Shown one piece after another: positions 1 to 12,119 of a stretch of DNA of 64,000 bases (position 1 is its first letter; each line of letters starts with the position of its first letter). The stretch lies in NCBI GenBank assembly GCA_030390025.1, contig CM059432.1:72232001-72296000 (forward strand). The letters run 5' to 3'. Origin of the DNA: Squalus acanthias (Eukaryota). Both the position numbers and the translations under genes were made by a program. The notes beneath the pieces were generated by a model that had not been told where the DNA came from, made no database searches, and was given only the letters and a program-made list of their open reading frames with translations.

Positions 1-559
1 TGGGAAGCAAGCATGTGGCAGCAAAGCAGAGATCATTCAGCAGCATCCAGAGCAGGATGGAAACCAGGAAGAACGGATTAAAGCTAGCTGACCATAGAGG
101 GGAAAATGTCTGAGCAGAAGAGTGGAAACTGACCTCGCATGCCCAGACAACAGTTGAATAGAGCTAGTTCAGCAAAGAATGTAGTCATGGTAGAAAGTGG
201 TAGCAAAAGTAGAGGTCATGGTAAAGGCCAGATGGCAGCAGAGAAATGGCCTGGAAGAAAGTGTATTTTGACCCAGGACTCAATACAGCAGCAGGGAACA
301 GCGGAGAAGCCAGCAGTGTAATGGAGTACACTACTGAACCCAACAAGTAGCAGCGGGTGAGGGATGGGCACCGTAGGCTGAAATATGTTACCTAAAATTT
401 GAAAAGATTGAGTGGCAGAGCAGAGTCACAGCACCTGAGGAATACAGTGTAGTCCAGCAGAGGAGAAGTGGGGACACGTTGGACCCCCTGTGGCCCCACC
501 TCATTGTCTTAGCTGTACTCTGCTGTGTCTTTGATGTAATACCTCCCTGACGGATTGTA

Positions 560-752
560 TCTCTGCAGACACATTGTTCTCTGTCTATATACACTTTGTA
601 ACCGATTTGTATTCCCTCACTGTACCTGACGAAGGAGCAGAGCTCCGAAAGCTCGTAATTTCAAATAAAACTGTTGGACTATAACCTGGTGTTGTGCGAC
701 TTCTCATTTTTGTCCACCCCAGTCCAACTCCGGCATCTCCGTATCACCGCAG
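560..752 (+). mobile_element. Penelope-like element terminal repeat (pLTR) fragment
   Basis: CTGACGAAGGAGCAGAGCTCCGAAAGCTC followed by AAATAAAACTGTTGGACTATAACCTGGTGTTGTG...CCCCAGTCCAAC resembles a common shark Penelope pLTR. Left boundary uncertain. Confidence 0.7.
623..657 (+). ncRNA. Minimal type I hammerhead ribozyme motif
   Basis: Stem I TAC(623-625)/GTA(655-657); core CTGACGA(626-632); stem II GGAGC-AGA-GCTCC(634-646); GAAA(647-650); palindromic AGCT stem III; UC cleavage site at 653-654. Confidence 0.75.
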
Positions 753-1384
753 TCATGAAGGCAGAGGTGTGCCAGGGTCCAGGAAATCAAATGTGATTTC
801 AAATGAGCAGAGTCCTAGCTGTCAAAGAGCACAGGTAAAAATACAGATTAAATATGGTCAAGGGATGGGATTGGAATTGTGTTCTGTATAGATAACTTTA
901 ACTTGTAGCTTGGACTTGTGGATTGAACTAAAATACGTTCCTTATTAGGAGCAGGTAGTCTTAATTAGTGGGGAGAGGGGTGGGGGACGAGGGCAAAGGA
1001 TTGCAATAATAGGCCGGGATTGAATTGCAATTCACTTGGAAGCTGCCAGCCTAGGAGCCATCTGGGCAATCCTTGAAGTAAATTTTCTGGACATAGTTCA
1101 AATACAGAGCAATGGACTTGCTACCCGATTTTGTACCATGTGATGGTGATGCTAGTGTCTTTTCCCACGGTTCTTTCTCTTAGTGCTGGTGTATTCTGTA
1201 TGCATTCTAACCCTTAACCTGGACTTCTAAGTGATTCCCCAGGGAATTAAATAGGTGTGCTCCTTCCTGGAAGAGTGCAATATATTTTGAATGGATCATG
1301 CACTGTCTGCAGTAGTGATAAGTCTGCCGCAGTTAGGTAGCCTGCTTGACCTGCTTTGTCCTCATTCACATAAGGAAATTTGGT

Positions 1385-1625
1385 CACTTCCTCATGCCCA
1401 GAGGGTGGCGGGGGTCTGGAACTCACTGCCTGAAGAGAGTTTCTGTCTCTACCACCCTATCACATTTAAAAAGTACTTGGATATGCACTTGAAGTGCTGT
1501 AACCTACAAGGCTACGGACCATGAGCTGGAAAGTGGGATTAGGTTGGATAGCTCATTTTTGGTCAGCACAAACATGATGGGTCGAATGGCCTCCTTCTGT
1601 GCCATAAATGTCTATGATTCTGTGT
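1385..1625 (+). mobile_element. CR1/HER1 LINE 3' fragment
   Basis: QRVAGVWNSLP...FKKYLD ORF2 C-terminus, then the GATGGGTCGAATGGCCTCCTTCTGTG...CTATGATTCT tail. Confidence 0.85.
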
Positions 1626-2439
1626 ATCCGTATGCTGCTAGCATCTGTGAAACCACATCCTAGGATGGATTATTGCCTTCAGGAGAGACTATTGGAAAAA
1701 GTGGTACTGTATATAGCAACTGTGGGTATAGTTTGCGTAATCCAATTACAGTACTGAACTTGAAGTACTCCCAGGTTTACCTTGGAAATCATATTAAGTT
1801 GCTTATAGTTTCTCATTGCTCTGTTTCAGTGAGTCAAATAAAAATAAAATTGCCCATCATCATTAACTGTTTTAAATAGGTGACCACAATCATAACCAGT
1901 TACGTTGATCATACCATTTTCCTCACTGTGGATTACTAAAATGCCTTTGGAACACCATAACTGAACTATGTTCACCTTTTTAGAAAGAGTTAGTTTATTG
2001 TACTGTACTGAGCTCTTTTTAATGGTTTAGTTACTAAGAAGACGTTCCTAGATATAAACCATATGGTTTTGCCTTTTTAGGAGCAGGATATCAACATTGT
2101 CCAAGTTTTACTCTGTCATTGTATTTGAGATTTAGTTCAATACAAAGTAGAGATGAGGACGACTTTTTGAAATTTACATGCTTCTTGAAACATCCACTTT
2201 CCTTCAGAAAAATAGAACTAGCATGTTCTTAAATCAGTTTCTGGTTATCTACCATAATTATAATCTATGTAAAGGGAATTATATTCTTTTGAAAAATTTG
2301 AACAAGACATAAGCTACTGTGACCACCGTTTATCAACTTTTTAATGAGGTAAATGGCTGCAGTTGGCTTGCATAGTAATGTCTTGCTGTATCGTAAAACG
2401 TTAAAAGGAATAGAGGAGCATAAAGAATCTTTTAAAAAT

Positions 2440-3075
2440 GGGAGGACTAGTTGATAAAGCTACAGAAAGAAGCAATGGGATGCCAGGTTTTATAAATAGG
2501 AGCACCGATTACAAAAGCCTAGAGGTAATAGTAAACCAAATGTAATTTGCAGTTAAAACCTGTGTCCAGTTTTGTACAATCTACTGTTGGGAACGATATC
2601 CAGGCAATGGAGAGAGTGCAGAAGAGAGATGCCAAAATGATCCCAAGGATGAGAGTCTTTAGTTATGAGGAGTGACTAAAGAAACTGGGACTCTTCATTA
2701 GAGCAGAGAATGTTAAGAGAATGATCAAGGTGTTCAAAATTATGAAGGGTTTTGAAAAGGTAAATAGGGGAAAACTATATCTGTTGGTTGGTGAATCTAT
2801 AACTGGAGGTCATAAATTTAAGATTATCATCAGAAGAATGAAGGGAGAGGTTGAAAATTATTTTTACACAGACTGTTATTAGGACATGGTATGTCTGACC
2901 AGAAACTGTTGTGGAAGAAGGATCCATAATAATTTTTAAGAGGGAAATGGATAAATGTTTCAAAGAGAAAAGAATTAAAGGGAATGGGGAAAGTGCATGG
3001 GGATGGGAGTAAATGGATAACTGTTTGAGAGAGCCGCACGTGCACGATGTTTTGTGTGCTGTAAAATGCTATGGT
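2440..3075 (+). mobile_element. Old, degraded CR1 LINE 3' fragment
   Basis: Collinear with the CR1 ORF2 C-terminus at 24100-24800 (TGTGTCCAGTTTTG, GAGAGAGTGCAGAAGAGA, TTTTTTACACAGA). Confidence 0.75.
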
Positions 3076-3489
3076 AAGTTATCAAGTCACAATGTTGTTA
3101 CTAACATCAAGTTTGATTTTTATCCGTAACATTTTTTTCTGTTATGACCTGTTCCATGTAACAGGATCTCACTTTATATTTCAAATCCTCATCTCCATTG
3201 AACTAAACTGAGCTGCCTTGGTGATGATGTTAGCTGTTGGATTTAGGCACACAATCACAGTTTGCTTCAGGCAAAATTTGTAAAAATTTGTGTTTGTGAA
3301 TTAAATAAGCCTTATCTAAAGTTACCCACAGTTTTCTCCCTGGCTTTGAGGGCTCGTCAAGACCCTTACAGATTGACCTGGGGGTGACTGCAACAAAACA
3401 CCCTTTTATATTTTGAAGTTGATAAAGAACTTAAGGGATTGGCAGGTCACTTGCATATGATTTTCTCTCTCCTGACCCATACCTGCTCA

Positions 3490-4195
3490 TTTTATTCATT
3501 CATTCACGGGATGTGGGTGTCGCTGGCAAGGCCAGAATTTATTGCCCATCCCTAATTGCCCTTGAGAAGGTGGTGGTGAACCGCCTTCTTGAACCACTGC
3601 ATTCCTTGCCGTGAAGTTACTCCCACAGTGCTGTTGGGGAGGGAGTTCCAGGATTTTGACCCAGCGACGATGAAGTAACGACGATATAGTTCCAAGTCAG
3701 GATGGTGTGTGACTTGGAGGTGGTGGTGTTCCCACGCACCTGCTGCTCTTGTCCTTTTAGGTGGTAGAGATCATGGGTTTGGGAGTTGCTGCAGTGCATC
3801 TTGTAGATGGTACACACTGCAGCCACGATGCGCCGATGGTGGAGAGAGTGAATGTTTAACGTAGTGGATGGGGTGCCAATCAAGCGGGCTGCTTTGTCCT
3901 GGATGGTGTCGAGCTTCTTGAGTGTTGGAACTGCACTCATCCAGACAAGTGGAGAGTATTCCGTCACACTCCTGACTTGTGCCTTGTAGATGGTGGAAAG
4001 GCTTTGGGAAGTCGGGAGGTGAGTCACTTGCCACAGAATACCCAGCTTCTGACCTGCTCTTGTAGCCACAGTATTTATGTGGCTGGTCCAGTTAAGTTTC
4101 TGGTCAATGGTGACCCCCAGGATGTTGATGGTGGGGCATTTGACGATGGTAATGCCATTGAATGTCAAGGGGAGGTGGTTAGACTCTCTCTTGTT
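3490..4195 (-). mobile_element. CR1/L2-superclade LINE, RT C-terminal fragment with (TGAA)n tail
   Basis: ORF 3617-4168 has ILGVTIDQKLNWTSHI and IYKAQVRSVTEYSPLVW; the 3' end on the minus strand is TGAATGAATGAATAAAA. Confidence 0.85.
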
Positions 4196-5569
4196 AAGAG
4201 ATAGTCAGTGCCTGTTGCTTACAGGCCTCGTTAACAATATTCTGAATTGGAAGTGTGTAAAGGGGAATGACTGTTTATTTTTAATACTCCTTCCTCTCTT
4301 GGCCTTTACTTGTTTTCCCACAGCAGTGAGTCTGAGGTAAGGAACTCAGCAATGAGAGAAGTGATCCCTTTTTGGAACAAAATGCAATCCATATTAGAAT
4401 GTAGAATCATGAATACTATGATTTCTGCTACCACCTGTCTAATGAAAATTTGAACTTAATTCTAAACTATCTTAATTTTAAGGGAATTATTAAGAGGTGG
4501 GCTGTCATTGCTGTGGGATGGAACACTTAACAATTTGCACCAATCTCCAGAGCAGATACTTCCAGGTGAGGTATAGTACTAATTAGTTATATGGTAAAGT
4601 TAACTCGATTTTGCCCCAGAACTAAATTCTGAACCATGAAGGGCACTCTCTACTTGTACCATTATGGCATTAAGACAAAAGTTATCCTGCACTCCAAGTG
4701 CAAACCAACAAGAGAGAGTCTCCTGGAGCGGTCTTTATCCTCGTAGCTTTAGTGTCATTTGAGTTATATTATTTTTGTGTTGCATACCCAAACTTGCTTT
4801 GCACTGATGCAAAAGTAGCAGTATAACTGCTGTCTCAATTTTCCATCCTTAAAATCTCCAATTGAATTTCCCAGTTTAATGATTAGTGCTAAGTTCTGGG
4901 CTGTTTTATGCTGTCAATTCGCAGTTACTGGAAACTCGATTGGGACTGCCCAATGCTAGCGATGAGAGCAGACTTTTGTCTCCTTAGTCTGGACTAGCTC
5001 TCAAACCAGAAGTGAAAATAGGTTCTGAACCACAGTACTCTCCAGATCTTCCCTTTATTGTCATGTTTAAAACAATAACACTTTACAAATAAAAAAAAAA
5101 GCGGCATGGACTGGAGAATGAGGATAATTATGTACTTATTTAATGCCTTACCAATTTTCTGAGAGGATCCCAGATCGCTTGCTCTGGCTCCAACCCACAC
5201 TGTTGCAAGCAAACCCCAGTCACACCATTCCACATAGGATATTATTGCAGTGCAGTCAAGAAGGCTGCTGACGTCATCAGGGATCAGGGCTGGTATAGAC
5301 TTACTGGAACCCTCAAGGATAGATTTATAGACTTACGAGAGATTTTTAAAAATCACTCCTTTAATTAAGTGTACTAGAATTTATGCAATATCAGCTTTTT
5401 GTTAGAGAAAATGAAATAATCCTATACCAAGTTAGATTTACTTCAAAGAAAAGCTGAATGCTAACTGGCTGATCAAGGGCCTTTTTTTATAAAAGGCACA
5501 CATTTTGGATTATAATACTAATCTTGCTGACTGAATAGGTTGTACATAGATATTGAAATGTGATCATCT

Positions 5570-7495
5570 GCAGACTTAGAGCTCCCTCTTCACTCGGTGT
5601 AACAACTACTGCTTTGTCCCTTAAGTCCAAGGAAGGCAGACTTGAAAATTTATGGCAGACAACTGGTTTAGCCATTCATCGCCAGATCTGGTTGGACCAC
5701 ATAAAGCACTATTGGATCCTGCCCTGTCCTGTCAGAACTGTTCACTATCTATCCAGGATCATTCGGGAATGCAAAAATAACCCTGGCTTCTCTTCTCCAC
5801 TACAAACTGTCGACTTAAACCCCTCTCCCCTGTCCCTGCCACCCTCTCACAGAGCTCACTAAGATCTTTGTCACTAAGATTGAGACCATCCATTCAGTTG
5901 CCTCTGCAGGTTCCACCCTGCCCTAGCCCTGAATTCCCTTTCTCTAGTTTCTGTCCTATCTCTACTCATGATCTCTCCGAGCTCATCTTGTCCATGAGAC
6001 CCACCTCCTGCTCCCTCGACCCTATTCCAACCAAACTGCAGACCACCCAACTTCCTTTCTGGCCCTCATGTTAGCTGATATTAATGTTTCCCTCTCCTCA
6101 GGTACTGTCCCCACTCCTTCAAATCTGCTGTCATTGCCCCCTCTTCACAGAACCCACCCTTGACCCCCTCTGTCCTTGCAAACTACTGCCCCCATCTCCA
6201 ACCTCCCTTTCCACTCAAGTCCTTGTACGTGTCGCCTCCCAAAGTCATGCTCATCCTTCCCACAACTGCATGTTTGAATCACTCCAATCCGGTTTCTGCC
6301 CTTACCACAGCACTGAAACGGCCCTTATCAAAGTCACAATGACATCCTATGTACTGTGACCCAGGTAAACTATCCCTCCTTATTCTTCTCTACCTATCTG
6401 CAACCTTTGATATGGTTGACCACACCATCATCCTCCAACACATCTCCTCCGTTGTCCAGCGTAGTGGGACTGCCCTGTGGAGTCCCCCCATGGATCTATC
6501 CTTGGCCCCCGTCCTATTTCTCATCTACATGCTGTCCCTCGCTGACATCATCCGAAAACATGTCAGGTTCCACATGTACATTGATGACACCCAGCTCTAC
6601 CTCACCACAGCCTCTCTATCCCTCCACTGCCTCTGATTTGTGATGCTGCTTGTTCGACATCCAGTATTGGTGAGCAGAAATTTCCTCCAATTAAATATTG
6701 GGAAGACTGAAGCCATTGTCTTCAGTCTCCGCCACAAATTTTGTTCCCTTGCCACCGCATCCATCCCTCTCCCTGGCAGCTGTCTGAGGGTGAACCAGAC
6801 CGTTCATAACCTTTGTCTCTTATTTTACCCTGAGCTGAGCTTCTGACCCCATATCCTCCATCACCAAGACTGCCTACTTCCAACTCCGCAACACCAACGT
6901 CTCCGGCCCTGCCTCATCTCATCTGCTGAAACTCTCAGCCATGCCTTTGTTACCTCTAGTCTTGACTATTCCAATGCACTCTTGACTGGCCCCCCCACCT
7001 TGCACCCTCCGTAAACTTGAACTCATCCAAAACTCTGCTACCCGTAACGTAACTCGCACCAAGTCCCGTTCACCCATCACCCCTGTGCTCGCTGACCTAC
7101 ATTAGCTCCTGGTCTGGCAAGGCCTTGATTTTAAAATTCTCATCCTTGTTTTCAAATTCCTCCATGGCCTCACCCCTCCCCATCAATGTAACCTCCTTCA
7201 GCCCTACAACCCTCCAAGATCTCTGCGCTCCTCAAATTCTGACCTGCACATTTCCAATTTTAATCGCTTCACCGTGCTTTCAGCTGCCTAGGCCTTAAAC
7301 TCTGGAATTCCCCCTCTAAACCTTTCAGCCTCTCTCTCCTCCTTTAAGACGCTCCTTAAAACCTACCTCTGACCAAGCTTTTGGTCACTTGTCTTAAAAT
7401 CTCCTTATGTGGCTGAGTGTCAAATTTTGTTTGATAACGTTGCTGTGCCTTGAAACATTTTACTACGTTAAAGGTGCTATATAAATGCAATTGTT
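5570..7495 (+). mobile_element. L2 LINE, 5'-truncated, with internal deletions
   Basis: PTSCSLDPIP, QSGFCPYHSTETALIKV, LLYLSATFDMVDH, FHMYIDDTQLY, FLQLNIGKTEAI; 3' tail GGTGCTATATAAATGCAA. Confidence 0.9.
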
Positions 7496-7566
7496 ATGCA
7501 AATAAGGGACTTCAGCATTTTTGTATGGCTCTTGTTTGTATTATATTCATTGTTTTTTTTGTTTAG

Positions 7567-7656
7567 ATCCTAGCTTTTCTAAGGATCGCATCAATTGCAG
7601 TGAGATACAGAAGGCAAAGTGCTCCTACCCACCACCTGTCTGTTACTGTGGTTATG
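7567..7656 (+). other. Candidate 90-nt exon, host transcript unknown
   Basis: TTTTTTTTGTTTAG acceptor and G|GTGAGT donor; two of three frames are open; a degenerate duplicate lies at 9121-9745. Confidence 0.3.
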
Positions 7657-8569
7657 GTGAGTTGGTATTATTTGACAGCATCTTTTAAACTATTTTAGGC
7701 CTAAAGCTATTTGTGTTGTCTGCCAGCTGACTTGGGAAAGATTTACAGGCACACCTGTCTTAGTCTGGTATTGTAAGAATTTTCTCATGTAATTTTCCCT
7801 CCCACTCCCTCCCAATCTGGCTGCCTTCTGCACACACACCAAATGTTACACCTGACACCATTTAGGAGGTAACATCAATGAATAATGCTCAAATTGTTGC
7901 TTAACTGTTTATCATGTTTTCTTTTTGTGCTGTCAGTAATTACAGTTTAGTGCGCTTTGAAATGCTTAAACTATTGCTGAGACAGCAAGGTGCCGCTGTG
8001 ACTCGGAGCCTCACCAGGCCCAAGCACAGTCGGAAATAGAGCTACAACACTGCAGACCCAACTCCTTGACCTCCGCTTGCTGCTAGCAAGGCTGGAAGCC
8101 AGCACCAGAGCCTTGTAATTTCAGCCCTTGTAGATAAAGATAACTGCCCTGTTTGCAAGCTAGTAGCATGCATGAAAATGAATACAACTGAAGTGTGTGG
8201 CACTGTGGTGTGCTGCAGTAAGCTAACCTTTGTGAAGAAGTTCAGTAAACCTACTTAGAATTTTTTGTTTTGGATTCAAGTGTCCAGATTAAATAATTAT
8301 TGCAAGCATACTGATGAAACATTGGCTGTTTGATTGATTGGCTGCCTTGCATGTAGGTGCATTTGGAAGTAGATATGTTAATTAGGTTAAAATGGCTGTT
8401 TTTTTCTACAAGGTGAGATGGTAAACCGAGGCCCTGTATGCCTACAGCTGGACATAAAAAAATCCTGTAGCAAAGAAGAGAAGTTCTCTTGGCCTGGCTA
8501 ACATTTATTGCATAACCAGCACCACCAATACAGATTATTTGGTCTTTTATTTCAGTACTGAAATTAAAG

Positions 8570-8995
8570 AGTCAGTGGGTAGCACTCTCGCCTCTGAGTC
8601 AGAAGGTTGTGGATTCAAGTCCCACTCCAGAGACTTGAGCACATAAATCCAGCCTGACACTTCAGTGCAGTACTAAGGGAGTGCTGCACTGTCGGAGGTG
8701 CCGTATTTCGGATGAGACGTTCTGCCGAGGCCCCGACTGTGCACTCAGGTGGACATAAAAGATCCCATGGCACTATTTCAAAGACGAGCAGGAGAGTTCT
8801 CCCCGGTGTCCTGACCAATCTTTATCCCTCAATTAACATCACCAAATAATTTTTTTTTTGGTCATTAAATTATCACATTGCTGTTTGTGGGAGCTTGCTG
8901 TGCGCAAATTGGCTGCCGTGTCATTGGCTGTAAAGCGCTTTGGAAAGACTTGAGGTTGTGAAAGGCGCGATATAAATGCAAGCCTTTCCTTTCCT
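8570..8995 (+). mobile_element. Deu-domain SINE (SacSINE1-like)
   Basis: tRNA-like head (CAGTGGGTAGCACTCTCGCCTCTGAGTCAGAAGGTTGTGGATTCAAGTCCC), Deu core GATCCCATGGCACTATTTC...GGGAGCTTGCTGTGCGCAAATTGGCTGCC, L2-type tail. Confidence 0.85.
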
Positions 8996-9173
8996 TTTTA
9001 CTGTGTGTGGCACCTTGCTGTAAGCAAATTGCTGCCATGTTTCCCTACATTACAGCAGTGACTACACTTCATTTTTTTTTTTAAACGTACTTTATTGGCT
9101 GTTCTTTGGGACCTCAGGCTTGTTTACATCCTAGCTTTTCTAAGGATCTCATAAATTGCAGTGACATAGAACA

Positions 9174-9633
9174 ACAACAAATTGCATTTATATTGTACCT
9201 TTAATGCAGTAAAACATCCCAAGGCATTTCACAGGAGTGTAATCGGACAGAAATTGACACCGACCCAAAGAAGGAAACATTAGTACAGGGGTCACAGAGG
9301 AAGTTTTTAAGAAGTGTCTTAAAAGAGAAGAAAGAGCTGTAGAAGTTTAGGGAGGCAATTCCCTTAAGGTCTAGATGACTGAAAAGCACGGCCGGCAAAG
9401 GAATTGGAGGATGCACAAGGCCAGAATTGGAGGGTGCACAAGGCCAGAATTGGAGGGTGCACAAGGCCAGAATTGGAGGGTGCACAAGGCCAGAATTGGA
9501 GGAACGCATAGTTGAGGGTTGCAGAGCTGGAGGAGGTTATGGAGATAGGGACAGGCAAGGAGACTATGGATGGATTTGAACATGAGGATGAGAATTTTAA
9601 AATCGAGTTGGTTGACTGGGAGCCAATATAGAT
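9174..9633 (-). mobile_element. L2 LINE 3' fragment with TSD-like CATAGAACA
   Basis: Antisense to 7090-7495; CATAGAACA at 9165-9173 and 9634-9642. Confidence 0.85.
9401..9502. repeat. 23-bp minisatellite, 4.4 copies, inside L2
   Basis: Unit GAATTGGAGGGTGCACAAGGCCA repeated directly. Confidence 0.95.
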
Positions 9634-12105
9634 CATAGAACAGATGGTGCACCTATCCACCACCTGTCAGGAGATACTGTGGTTTTGGTGAGTCGGTATG
9701 TTATTTGACAGCATCTTTTAAACCGTATTATTTCCGTCCTAAAGCCTAAGGTTCTGAAAAGTGCTGTATAAATATAAGTTCTTTTTTTATTTTCTTAATG
9801 AATGCTGTGGAGACCTTGAGCTCTGGTCAAAATCAGTCTGTCCTCTTGGCATTCACCATGCTGGGGAACCACGTAATGAAGGGCTTCAACAAGCTTGTAG
9901 CTGCCCAGTGGTCTGTTCCCACACAGATTTGTAGCCAGGCTGAGGGAGTTTCAACAGCAGGAGATGTCAGAAACAGACACACATGATGCTTTTGTGTCTC
10001 AGGGCAAAGCCTCTTTTTCTCTCAGATGATCCTCCCAAATGGCTACAGAGGTGTTGGATAAATATCCAGGATCAATATCTGTTGATACTTGTAGCTGCAG
10101 TACCATCTGTTGACCCAGCACAAGAAGGTAGTGAACTACCTCTATTCCACTGATGTGCAGCAGGCATCCATCTGAGGATGTGAAAGGTGATCCATAAACT
10201 TCCTTTACCCACTAGGGATACACTTCGAAGGAGCACACATTAGGGAAGTAGAAGACCTGCACCATGCACTTTCACTCCGGGGAGGCACTGGAGCAAAACA
10301 CACCACATATTGTAAGTGTTAATAAAAGTTGAGTGGCTTAAGTGTTCTTTTGGTATGAGGCAAATTAATACATTTGGAAAGGAATGCTGTTGTATTCATG
10401 GGTTTTGATGTACAGCTGAGGCCAATAGAGGCACTGATTTATTTGGCAAGTGTTTTAGACACGTGCAGATGACTGTTGGGCCTTGGCTATTTCAGGCAAT
10501 TAACTAAAAATGTGTTGTCTATTACACCCTGTTTTATGACTTATGCTGAGTGACCGATTCCTTGTACAGACGTGTTTTCTGTTTCCTGGTCTCGATTGTT
10601 TCTGCTGCTTGTGTGCTCCATGTTGAAGCTCCTTTGCAGCGTAAAGTTGTTTAAGATGCAGCAAACAACAATAATTTTGGATACCGTTGCTGGGTTATAC
10701 TGCATGCCACCGTCCTACCGGTTTTGTCCAAAGAAACACTCCAAAAAAAAAATAGTGTGGTAATAACTAACTGCTCTTATTTCCAGACCCTATAACAAAA
10801 ACAATTCAAGATCTTGGAGTGTAATTGCTAGAATGTGCTTTCTCCCATCAGAGATAACAATATGCAAGTACCATGCGCATCACTACCCTTCCTCCATTTC
10901 TCTCTGCCAAGAGGGCCACAGGTCATATATAGGCAGAGCTCTATTATAATTTCCTCAGCTAATACCCATAGGTGGCTGGGTGCAGCTTTAAACATTTAAG
11001 GGTAAATCTTCCACGCGCTCGCTGCTGGCAGGAGTGCACATTGGAAAATTGCACATGTGCAGCCCATGATTTTCAGTCTATTAATTGGAACTTGTCGACC
11101 TCCTGTGGCATTGCACATGGATTATCAAAATCAAGTATAGTGCTTCGGGTAGAGTTGGGTTAGAGGCTGGACATAATTGGACTGGGGAGTGTAGAAGTAA
11201 TTCAGTCCCCATTTTAGACTCCGATATTCCGTCTATATTTCCACTAAATTCCTGTCTCCATATTTATAATGGAAACTGCCTAAGCAAACTTGTCACATTG
11301 TAATTATACCCTCCCGCCAGTAGTGATACTGCAATGAATATTAACTTAATTGAAGTATTTAAAAGGGATATGATCTGATTCCTTATTTGGCAGCGACTAG
11401 CAGAAGTTTTATCATCTTGGAAGTCTTGTTTGTGGTTAGTAACCTCCCTCGAGAAATTAAGTATGTTGGATACTGTCTAATGTTGGATAAATTACTAGAT
11501 AGCGCATGGCACTTATTCCTGTTTATTAGAGCTGTTTTAGTCTGAGGTTACAGCTTGTCCATTTAATTTAGTAATCTGAATTCTAATGTTGTTTTGAACA
11601 CAGTGAAATGCCTCATCAGAACCCGATTTGCATGCTTTACCAATATAGCTGATTATGAAACTAAGGGCCTAGGAAGTGGACAATCTAATTTATTGCTTGC
11701 AAGGCAGAAAATAGATGACACTGGATTAGTTAATGTCACTTCTTAGGGTGCACATGCTACCTTGCCATCAAACCAATTGGAGCACTTCTACAGGAGATGA
11801 GATTTATCCACTCTGGCTACTGCAAACCACTTGATGTTGTACGTTTGGTCAAAACAGCAGGGAGAATGGAAGCAATTGAACAAAGGATCTGATATACAGT
11901 ATGAGAAAACACCTTTTTATGGCTCTGAAATGCTGGTGCCATTATTTCTGGTAAAAACTCTTTATTTCAAAGGGAAATCTATTGAAGAATTTTTCAATGT
12001 TCATGACAGCCCAAACATTTAACATTGTCTTGGGAAATTCTGATTTGCAGACAGCAAAAAGATGGATTTTACAAATTGTCAGGTCTATGGTACAGTTAAC
12101 ATGTA

Positions 12106-12119
12106 GTTGTCATGGAAAC
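12106..12119. promoter_or_regulatory. RFX X-box-like motif
   Basis: GTTGTCATGGAAAC is close to the X-box consensus GTTGCCATGGCAAC and lies in repeat-free sequence. Confidence 0.35.

Larger units (their letters stand above)
8410..9785 (+). mobile_element. Old Deu-domain SINE split into three pieces (8410-8560, 9000-9120, 9745-9785)
   Basis: The pieces are collinear with the intact DeuSINE at 8570-8995; the tail CCTAAGGTTCTGAAAAGTGCTGTATAAATATAAG resumes at 9745. Confidence 0.65.

Noticed and set aside
386..412. Penelope endonuclease C-terminal remnant (FSNFR*) on the minus strand
   Set aside because: The match is too short to call, although it is suggestive given the neighbouring pLTR.
9401..9502. 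CRISPR-like direct repeats
   Set aside because: The units are contiguous with no spacers and sit inside a eukaryotic LINE.
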